64,000 bases of DNA from Bugula neritina (taxonomy: Eukaryota > Animalia > Bryozoa). The stretch lies in NCBI GenBank assembly GCA_964035545.1, contig CAXIUT010000103.1, forward strand, positions 372,001 to 436,000, written 5' to 3'. A model generated the notes under the pieces. That model was not told where the DNA came from and made no database searches. It saw only the letters and a list, made by a program, of their open reading frames with translations. Shown piece after piece: positions 1 to 10,900 of the stretch (position 1 is the first letter of the stretch; every line of letters starts with the position of its first letter). The translations under genes were made by a program, and so were the position numbers.

Positions 1-1338
1 TATATGATATTATTTATCTGTCAAGAAAATATTATATTATATTTTATTCTACTCACTAGTACCAACAATGAATATTTTATCATTGTTTATGGCAGTCGTG
101 AATCTCAACAATGAATAATAATAATACGCATTGTCAATTTTCACAAAGTAGCAGTCTTCAGTCAGCCCTCTCTAGTTCAAGATGGGCATCACTATACACA
201 CAAGAGTTAAGAACTTTAATGAGTCCTGTCAGCTAACCAGCTCATGAAGTCTACACAGTTTGGTTGCAGACGTTTGCATTTGACATTAGGACTAAAGTGT
301 TGACTACATGGAGATTTCAACTTCAATTGTTAATCAACTTGTTTTGGATCTACTTGTTACATCTGGCTTACTCTCTCTGGTAGGTTTATTTCATTAACTT
401 TCTATACTGATTTTCTTAACTTTCTGAAGAGTTTGTTGTGATGCGAAATATTACCAAATATCTCATGGCAACATGCCAATACAGTTAACACAGTAATTAA
501 GCACTGGTGTCTTTGAAGCAGGCATCAAGTTTTGCATAAAAAAATTTATCAAGTATCTAAACACATGCAAGTGATGAGTTTGGAGATATTATTTAAAACT
601 ACAAAAGTTTCCATGCCGCTTGTAAATCAAAAGTGGACAATTGCTGCAAACACCTCTTTTCATGGAAAGACTCATTTATTTCTCATATGTTTGCAAAGGC
701 ATCTAAAATTAGTTTTTGCTCTAGCAAAATATAACACTGTGAAATGGCGCTGCAGATGAGCTTTCTCTTTTAATATGAAAACTGATGATTGAAGAGCAAT
801 ATAGTCTACTAACAAAATGGGTTTTAGCAGTGACTCATCTCCACTGCCTGTAAACTATAAAGCTTCAAATCGTATACTGTAGGCCCATGGGCCAACTCTA
901 GCACAATAACACAATTCACATGAGTCAGGATTGCTGGTTGTTAGAGGGGACAGGGGGGGCAGGAGAGGGGATGGGAAAATAAAACATCTAAATTCAATAG
1001 TAAAAGCGGGTGTACAATGCAAAGGTCTTCCAGCATCACTGGTATTTCCATAATAACTGCAAGGCCAAACTTTTGCTGATGGACAATCAGACAGAAAAAC
1101 TCTTGCAAATAACAAAACTAATATTAGCCTGTGTCTGCTTCTTATAAACACAAAGAACAAAATTTTGGGAAAGATAACTCCCAACACACCTATCTTGCAA
1201 CTGGTGCTGGTGCAATGAAATTGAAGGGTTATGTTTCATAGTCATATTTTCAACTAGTACTTCTAACTGCAAAGAAATAACATTGCAGAAAAAAGTGAAG
1301 ATGTGAAGCACTGTAGATTTATGGTAAGTTATAATATG
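1..1338. repeat. Representative monomer (phase arbitrary)
   Basis: Position 1 (tatatgatattatt) aligns with 1339 (catttgatattatt) and exactly with 2682. Confidence 0.95.
946..975 (+). other. Potential G-quadruplex motif, one per monomer in nearly all copies (first copy given)
   Basis: GGGG-ACA-GGGGGGG-CAGGAGA-GGGG-AT-GGG fits G3+N1-7 x4. It is the only G-dense patch in the monomer. Confidence 0.6.
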
Positions 1339-4300
1339 CATTTGATATTATTTATTTGTCCAGAAAATAATATTATATTATATTTTATTCTACTCAGTAG
1401 TACCAACAATGAATATTTTATCATTGTTTATGGCAGTCGTGAATCTCAACATTGAATAATAATAATATGCATTGTCAATTTTCACAAAGTAGCAGTCTTC
1501 AGTCAGCCCTCTCTAGTTCAAGATGGGCATCACTATACACACAAGAGTTAAGAACTTTAATGAGTCCTGTCAGCTAACCAGCTCATGAAGTCTACACAGT
1601 TTGATTGCAGGCGTTTGCATTTGACATTAGGACTAAAGTGTTGACTACATGGAGATTTCAACTTCAATTGTTAATCAACTAATTGTTTTGGATCTACTTG
1701 TTACATCTGGCTTACTCTTTCTGGTAGGTTTATTTCATTAACTTTCTAGACTGATTTTCTTAACTTTCTGAAGAGTTTGTTGTGATGCGAAATATTACCA
1801 AATATCTCATGGCAACATGCCAATACAGTTAACACAGTAATTAAGCACTGGTGTCTTTGAAGCAGGCATCAAGTTTTGCATAAAAAAATTTATCAAGTAT
1901 CTAAACACATGCAAGTGATGAGTTTGGAGATATTATTTAAAACTACAAAAGTTTCCATGCCGCTTGTAAATCAAAAGTGGACAATTGCTGCAAACACCTC
2001 TTTTCATAGAATCACTCATTTATTTCTCATATGTTTGCAAAGGCATCTAAAATTAGTTTTTGCTCTAGCAAAATATAACACTGTGAAATGGCGCTGCAGA
2101 TGAGCTTTCTCTTTTAATATGAAAACTGATGATTGAAGAGCAATATAGTCTACTAACAAAATGGGTTTTAGCAGTGACTCATCTCCACTGCCTGTAAACT
2201 ATAAAGCTTCAAATCGTATACTGCAGGCCCATGGGCCAACTCTAGAACAATAACACAATTCACATGAGTCAGGATTGCTGGTTGTTAGAGGGGACAGGGG
2301 GGCAGGAGAGGGGATGGGAAAATAAAACATCTAAATTCAATAGTAAAGGCGGGTGTACAATGCAAAGGTCTTCCAGCATCACTGGTATTTCCATAATAAC
2401 TGCAAGGCCAAACTTTTGCTGATGGACAATCAGACAGAAAAACTCTTGCAAATAACAAAACTAATATTAGCCTGTGTCTGCTTCGTATAAACACAAAGAA
2501 CAAAATTTTGGGAAAGATAACTCCCAACACACCTATCTTGCAACCGGTGCTGGTGCAATGAAATTGAAGGGCTATGTTTCATAGTCCTATATTCAGCTAG
2601 TACTTCTAACTAGAAAGAAATAACATTGCCGGAAAAGTTGAAGAGGTGAAGCACTGTAGAGTTATGGCAAGTTAGATTCTCTATATGATATTATTTATCT
2701 GTCAAGAAAATATTATATTATATTTTATTCTACTCACTAGTACCAACAATGAATATTTTATCATTGTTTATGGCAGTCGTGAATCTCAACAATGAATAAT
2801 AATAATACGCATTGTCAATTTTCACAAAGTAGCAGTCTTCAGTCAGCCCTCTCTAGTTCAAGATGGGCATCACTATACACACAAGAGTTAAGAACTTTAA
2901 TGAGTCCTGTCAGCTAACCAGCTCATGAAGTCTACACAGTTTGGTTGCAGACGTTTGCATTTGACATTAGGACTAAAGTGTTGACTACATGGAGATTTCA
3001 ACTTCAATTGTTAATCAACTTGTTTTGGATCTACTTGTTACATCTGGCTTACTCTCTCTGGTAGGTTTATTTCATTAACTTTCTATACTGATTTTCTTAA
3101 CTTTCTGAAGAGTTTGTTGTGATGCGAAATATTACCAAATATCTCATGGCAACATGCCAATACAGTTAACACAGTAATTAAGCACTGGTGTCTTTGAAGC
3201 AGGCATCAAGTTTTGCATAAAAAAATTTATCAAGTATCTAAACACATGCAAGTGATGAGTTTGGAGATATTATTTAAAACTACAAAAGTTTCCATGCCGC
3301 TTGTAAATCAAAAGTGGACAATTGCTGCAAACACCTCTTTTCATGGAAAGACTCATTTATTTCTCATATGTTTGCAAAGGCATCTAAAATTAGTTTTTGC
3401 TCTAGCAAAATATAACACTGTGAAATGGCGCTGCAGATGAGCTTTCTCTTTTAATATGAAAACTGATGATTGAAGAGCAATATAGTCTACTAACAAAATG
3501 GGTTTTAGCAGTGACTCATCTCCACTGCCTGTAAACTATAAAGCTTCAAATCGTATACTGTAGGCCCATGGGCCAACTCTAGCACAATAACACAATTCAC
3601 ATGAGTCAGGATTGCTGGTTGTTAGAGGAGACAGGGGGGGCAGGAGAGGGGATGGGATAATAAAACATCTAAATTCAATAGTAAAAGCGGGTGTACAATG
3701 CAAAGGTCTTCCAGCATCACTGGTATTTCCATAATAACTGCAAGGCCAAACTTTTGCTGATGGACAATCAGACAGAAAAACTCTTGCAAATAACAAAACT
3801 AATATTAGCCTGTGTCTGCTTCGTATAAACACAAAGAACAAAATTTTGGGAAAGATAACTCCCAACACACCTATCTTGCAACTGGTGCTGGTGCAATGAA
3901 ATTGAAGGGTTATGTTTCATAGTCATATTTTCAACTAGTACTTCTAACTGCAAAGAAATAACATTGCAGAAAAAAGTGAAGATGTGAAGCACTGTAGATT
4001 TATGGTAAGTTATAATATGCATTTGATATTATTTATTTGTCCAGAAAATAATATTATATTATATTTTATTCTACTCAGTAGTACCAACAATGAATATTTT
4101 ATCATTGTTTATGGCAGTCGTGAATCTCAACATTGAATAATAATAATATGCATTGTCAATTTTCACAAAGTAGCAGTCTTCAGTCAGCCCTCTCTAGTTC
4201 AAGATGGGCATCACTATACACACAAGAGTTAAGAACTTTAATGAGTCCTGTCAGCTAACCAGCTCATGAAGTCTACACAGTTTGATTGCAGGCGTTTGCA

Positions 4301-4691
4301 TTTGACATTAGGACTAAAGTGTTGACTACATGGAGATTTCAACTTCAATTGTTAATCAACTAATTGTTTTGGATCTACTTGTTACATCTGGCTTACTCTT
4401 TCTGGTAGGTTTATTTCATTAACTTTCTAGACTGATTTTCTTAACTTTCTGAAGAGTTTGTTGTGATGCGAAATATTACCAAATATCTCATGGCAACATG
4501 CCAATACAGTTAACACAGTAATTAAGCACTGGTGTCTTTGAAGCAGGCATCAAGTTTTGCATAAAAAAATTTATCAAGTATCTAAACACATGCAAGTGAT
4601 GAGTTTGGAGATATTATTTAAAACTACAAAAGTTTCCATGCCGCTTGTAAATCAAAAGTGGACAATTGCTGCAAACACCTCTTTTCATGGA

Positions 4692-4952
4692 ATGACTCAT
4701 TTATTTCTCATATGTTTGCAAAGGCATCTAAAATTAGTTTTTGCTCTAGCAAAATATAACACTGTGAAATGGCGCTGCAGATGAGCTTTCTCTTTTAATA
4801 TGAAAACTGATGATTGAAGAGCAATATAGTCTACTAACAAAATGGGTTTTAGCAGTGACTCATCTCCACTGCCTGTAAACTATAAAGCTTCAAATCGTAT
4901 ACTGCAGGCCCATGGGCCAACTCTAGAACAATAACACAATTCACATGAGTCA
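4692..4952. promoter_or_regulatory. Cluster of three AP-1-type (TGASTCA) motifs per monomer (example from the 4th monomer)
   Basis: ATGACTCAT 4692-4700, TGACTCA 4856-4862, TGAGTCA 4946-4952. Motif match only; function is unproven. Confidence 0.3.
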
Positions 4953-7900
4953 GGATTGCTGGTTGTTAGAGGGGACAGGGGGGCAGGAGAGGGGATGGGA
5001 AAATAAAACATCTAAATTCAATAGTAAAGGCGGGTGTACAATGCAAAGGTCTTCCAGCATCACTGGTATTTCCATAATAACTGCAAGGCCAAACTTTTGC
5101 TGATGGACAATCAGACAGAAAAACTCTTGCAAATAACAAAACTAATATTAGCCTGTGTCTGCTTCGTATAAACACAAAGAACAAAATTTTGGGAAAGATA
5201 ACTCCCAACACACCTATCTTGCAACCGGTGCTGGTGCAATGAAATTGAAGGGCTATGTTTCATAGTCCTATATTCAGCTAGTACTTCTAACTAGAAAGAA
5301 ATAACATTGCCGGAAAAGTTGAAGAGGTGAAGCACTGTAGAGTTATGGCAAGTTAGATTCTCTATATGATATTATTTATCTGTCAAGAAAATATTATATT
5401 ATATTTTATTCTACTCACTAGTACCAACAATGAATATTTTATCATTGTTTATGGCAGTCGTGAATCTCAACAATGAATAATAATAATACGCATTGTCAAT
5501 TTTCACAAAGTAGCAGTCTTCAGTCAGCCCTCTCTAGTTCAAGATGGGCATCACTATACACACAAGAGTTAAGAACTTTAATGAGTCCTGTCAGCTAACC
5601 AGCTCATGAAGTCTACACAGTTTGGTTGCAGACGTTTGCATTTGACATTAGGACTAAAGTGTTGACTACATGGAGATTTCAACTTCAATTGTTAATCAAC
5701 TTGTTTTGGATCTACTTGTTACATCTGGCTTACTCTCTCTGGTAGGTTTATTTCATTAACTTTCTATACTGATTTTCTTAACTTTCTGAAGAGTTTGTTG
5801 TGATGCGAAATATTACCAAATATCTCATGGCAACATGCCAATACAGTTAACACAGTAATTAAGCACTGGTGTCTTTGAAGCAGGCATCAAGTTTTGCATA
5901 AAAAAATTTATCAAGTATCTAAACACATGCAAGTGATGAGTTTGGAGATATTATTTAAAACTACAAAAGTTTCCATGCCGCTTGTAAATCAAAAGTGGAC
6001 AATTGCTGCAAACACCTCTTTTCATGGAAAGACTCATTTACTTCTCATATGTTTGCAAAGGCATCTAAAATTAGTTTTTGCTCTAGCAAAATATAACACT
6101 GTGAAATGGCGCTGCAGATGAGCTTTCTCTTTTAATATGAAAACTGATGATTGAAGAGCAATATAGTCTACTAACAAAATGGGTTTTAGCAGTGACTCAT
6201 CTCCACTGCCTGTAAACTATAAAGCTTCAAATCGTATACTGTAGGCCCATGGGCCAACTCTAGCACAATAACACAATTCACATGAGTCAGGATTGCTGGT
6301 TGTTAGAGGAGACAGGGGGGGCAGGAGAGGGGATGGGATAATAAAACATCTAAATTCAATAGTAAAAGCGGGTGTACAATGCAAAGGTCTTCCAGCATCA
6401 CTGGTATTTCCATAATAACTGCAAGGCCAAACTTTTGCTGATGGACAATCAGACAGAAAAACTCTTGCAAATAACAAAACTAATATTAGCCTGTGTCTGC
6501 TTCGTATAAACACAAAGAACAAAATTTTGGGAAAGATAACTCCCAACACACCTATCTTGCAACTGGTGCTGGTGCAATGAAATTGAAGGGTTATGTTTCA
6601 TAGTCATATTTTCAACTAGTACTTCTAACTGCAAAGAAATAACATTGCAGAAAAAAGTGAAGATGTGAAGCACTGTAGATTTATGGTAAGTTATAATATG
6701 CATTTGATATTATTTATTTGTCCAGAAAATAATATTATATTATATTTTATTCTACTCAGTAGTACCAACAATGAATATTTTATCATTGTTTATGGCAGTC
6801 GTGAATCTCAACAATGAATAATAATAATATGCATTGTCAATTTTCACAAAGTAGCAGTCTTCAGTCAGCCCTCTCTAGTTCAAGATGGGCATCACTATAC
6901 ACACAAGAGTTAAGAACTTTAATGAGTCCTGTCAGCTAACCAGCTCATGAAGTCTACACAGTTTGATTGCAGGCGTTTGCATTTGACATTAGGACTAAAG
7001 TGTTGACTACATGGAGATTTCAACTTCAATTGTTAATCAACTAATTGTTTTGGATCTACTTGTTACATCTGGCTTACTCTTTCTGGTAGGTTTATTTCAT
7101 TAACTTTCTAGACTGATTTTCTTAACTTTCTGAAGAGTTTGTTGTGATGCGAAATATTACCAAATATCTCATGGCAACATGCCAATACAGTTAACACAGT
7201 AATTAAGCACTGGTGTCTTTGAAGCAGGCATCAAGTTTTGCATGAAAAAATTTATCAAGTATCTAAACACATGCAAGTGATGAGTTTGGAGATATTATTT
7301 AAAACTACAAAAGTTTCCATGCCGCTTGTAAATCAAAAGTGGACAATTGCTGCAAACACCTCTTTTCATGGAATGACTCATTTATTTCTCATATGTTTGC
7401 AAAGGCATCTAAAATTATTTATTGCTCTAGCAAAATAAAACACTGTGAAATGGCGCTGCAGATGAGCTTTCTCTTTTAATATGAAAACTGATGATTGAAG
7501 AGCAATATAGTCTACTAACAAAATGGGTTTTAGCAGTGACTCATCTCCACTGCCTGTAAACTATAAAGCTTCAAATCGTATACTGTAGGCCCATGGGCCA
7601 ACTCTAGCACAATAACACAATTCACATGAGTCAGGATTGCTGGTTGTTAGAGGGGACAGGGGGGGCAGGAGAGGGGATGGGATAATAAAACATCTAAATT
7701 CAATAGTAAAAGCGGGTGTACAATGCAAAGGTCTTCCAGCATCACTGGTATTTCCATAATAACTGCAAGGCCAAACTTTTGCTGATGGACAATCAGACAG
7801 AAAAACTCTTGCAAATAACAAAACTAATATTAGCCTGTGTCTGCTTCGTATAAACACAAAGAACAAAATTTTGGGAAAGATAACTCCCAACACACCTATC

Positions 7901-10900
7901 TTGCAACTGGTGCTGGTGCAATGAAATTGAAGGGTTATGTTTCATAGTCATATTTTCAACTAGTACTTCTAACTGCAAAGAAATAACATTGCAGAAAAAA
8001 GTGAAGATGTGAAGCACTGTAGATTTATGGTAAGTTATAATATGCATTTGATATTATTTATTTGTCCAGAAAATAATATTATATTATATTTTATTCTACT
8101 CAGTAGTACCAACAATGAATATTTTATCATTGTTTATGGCAGTCGTGAATCTCAACAATGAATAATAATAATATGCATTGTCAATTTTCACAAAGTAGCA
8201 GTCTTCAGTCAGCCCTCTCTAGTTCAAGATGGGCATCACTATACACACAAGAGTTAAGAACTTTAATGAGTCCTGTCAGCTAACCAGCTCATGAAGTCTA
8301 CACAGTTTGATTGCAGGCGTTTGCATTTGACATTAGGACTAAAGTGTTGACTACATGGAGATTTCAACTTCAATTGTTAATCAACTAATTGTTTTGGATC
8401 TACTTGTTACATCTGGCTTACTCTTTCTGGTAGGTTTATTTCATTAACTTTCTAGACTGATTTTCTTAACTTTCTGAAGAGTTTGTTGTGATGCGAAATA
8501 TTACCAAATATCTCATGGCAACGTGCCAATACAGTTAACACAGTAATTAAGCACTGGTGTCTTTGAAGCAGGCATCAAGTTTTGCATAAAAAAATTTATC
8601 AAGTATCTAAACACATGCAAGTGATGAGTTTGGAGATATTATTTAAAACTACAAAAGTTTCCATGCCGCTTGTAAATCAAAAGTGGACAATTGCTGCAAA
8701 CACCTCTTTTCATGGAATGACTCATTTATTTCTCATATGTTTGCAAAGGCATCTAAAATTAGTTTTTGCTCTAGCAAAATATAACACTGTGAAATGGCGC
8801 TGCAGATGAGCTTTCTCTTTTAATATGAAAACTGATGATTGAAGAGCAATATAGTCTACTAACAAAATGGGTTTTAGCAGTGACTCATCTCCACTGCCTG
8901 TAAACTATAAAGCTTCAAATCGTATACTGTAGGCTCATGGGCCAACTCTAGAACAATAACACAATTCACATGAGTCAGGATTGCTGGTTGTTAGAGGGGA
9001 CAGGGGGGGGGGGGCAGGAGAGGGGATGGGAAAATAAAACATCTAAATTCAATAGTAAAAGCGGGTGTACAATGCAAAGGTCTTCCAGCATCACTGGTAT
9101 TTCCATAATAACTGCAAGGCCAAACTTTTGCTGATGGACAATCAGACAGAAAAACTCTTACAAATAACAAAACTAATATTAGCCTGTGTCTGCTTCGTAT
9201 AAACACCAAGAACAATATTTTGGGAAAGATAACTCCCAACACACCTATCTTGCAACTGGTGCTGGTGTAATGAAATTGAAGGATTATGTTTCATAGTCAT
9301 ATTTTCAACTAGTACTTCTAACTGCAAAGAATCAACATTGCAGAAAAAGGTGAAGATGTGAAGCACTGTAGATTTATGGTAAGTTATAATATGCATTTGA
9401 TATTATTTATTTGTCCAGAAAATAATATTATATTATATTTTATTCTACTCAGTAGTACCAACAATGAATATTTTATCATTGTTTATGGCAGTCGTGAATC
9501 TCAACAATGAATAATAATAATACGCATTGTCAATTTTCACAAAGTAGCAGTCTTCAGTCAGCCCTCTCTAGTTCAAGATGGGCATCACTATACACACAAG
9601 AGTTAAGAACTTTAATGAGTCCTGTCAGGTAACCAGCTCATGAAGTCTACACAGTTTGGTTGCAGACGTTTGCATTTGACATTAGGATTAAAGTGTTCAC
9701 TACATGGAGACTTCAACTTCAATTGTTAATCAACTTGTTTTGGATCTACTTGTCACATCTGGCTTACTCTCTCTGGTAGGTTTATTTCATTAACTTTCTA
9801 GACTGATTTTCTTAACTTTCTGAAGAGTTTGTTGTGATGCGAAATATATTGCCAAATATCTCATGGCAACGTGCCAATACAGTTAACACAGTAATTAAGC
9901 ACTGGTGTCTTTGAAGCAGGCATCAAGTTATGCATAAAAATGTTCATCAAGTATCTAAACACATGCAAGTGATGAGTTTGGAGATATTATTTAAAACTAC
10001 AAAAGTTTCCATGCCGCGTGTAAATCAAAAGTGGACAAGTGCTGCAAACACCTCTTTTCATAGAATGACTCATTTATTTCTCATATGTTTGCAAAGGCAT
10101 CTAGAATTAGTTATTGCTCTAGCAAAATATAACACTGTGAAATGGCGCTGCAGATGAGCTTTCTCTTTTAATATGAAAACTGATGATTGAAGAGCAATAT
10201 AGTCTACTAATAAAATGGGTTTCAGCAGTGACTCATCTCCACTGCCTGTAAACTATAAAGCTTCAAATCGTATACTGTAGGCCCATGGGCCAACTCTAGA
10301 ACAATAACACAATTCACATGAGTCAGGATTGCTGGTTGTTAGAGGGGGCAGGGGGGGCAGGAGAGGGGATGGGATAATAAAACATCTAAATTCAATAGTA
10401 AAAGCGGGTGTACAATGCAAAGGTCTTCCAGCATCACTGGTATTTCCATAATAACTGCAAGGCCAAACTTTTGCTGATGGACAATCAGACAGAAAAACTC
10501 TTGCAAATAACAAAACTAATATTAGCCTGTGTCTGCTTCGTATAAACACAAAGAACAAAATTTTGGGAAAGATAACTCCCAACACACCTATCTTGCAACT
10601 GGTGCTGGTGCAATGAAATTGAAGGGTTATATTTCATAGTCATATTTTCAACTAATACTTCTAACTGCAAAGAAATAACATTGCAGAAAAAAGTGAAGAT
10701 GTGAAGCACTGTAGATTTATGGTAAGTTATAATATGCATTTGATATTATTTATTTGTCCAGAAAATAATATTATATTATATTTTATTCTACTCAGTAGTA
10801 CCAACAATGAATATTTTATCATTGTTTATGGCAGTCGTGAATCTCAACAATGAATAATAATAATATGCATTGTCAATTTTCACAAAGTAGCAGTCTTCAG

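Larger units (their letters stand above)
1..6200. repeat. Dimeric higher-order repeat, 2681 bp period
   Basis: Anchor spacings alternate 1344/1337/1344/1337 (532, 1876, 3213, 4557, 5894). Diagnostic variants (ggaaagac, ctatactg, ttagattctc block) recur every second monomer. Confidence 0.9.

Noticed and set aside
532-759. 75-aa MHKK.. ORF repeated in every monomer
   Set aside because: It starts at TTG in many copies, has no recognisable domain, the visible variants are largely amino-acid changing, and one copy (7238) is truncated. Its persistence is explained by near-identity of the repeats.
765-805. Second hammerhead-like arrangement around CTGATGA (782-788); also a possible C/D-box snoRNA
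   Set aside because: The required GAAA is TATA, helix II lacks the R-Y closing pair and helix III is 2 bp. The C and D boxes have no convincing terminal stem.
882-901. Helitron-like 3' end (GC palindrome followed by CTAG)
   Set aside because: The spacer is only 4 nt, there is no following T or TC start, and CTAG is lost in the divergent class.
1-1338. Tandem 5S rRNA, tRNA, snRNA, SL RNA or histone gene array
   Set aside because: No diagnostic sequences were found on either strand. The Sm-like AATTTTGG (1161-1168) lies upstream of the nearest donor-like site, the wrong order for an SL RNA.
855-1341. Minus-strand 110-aa and 84-aa ORFs and variants
   Set aside because: They are frameshifted freely by poly-G length changes and the 1-bp insertion, often use non-ATG starts, and have no recognisable homology.
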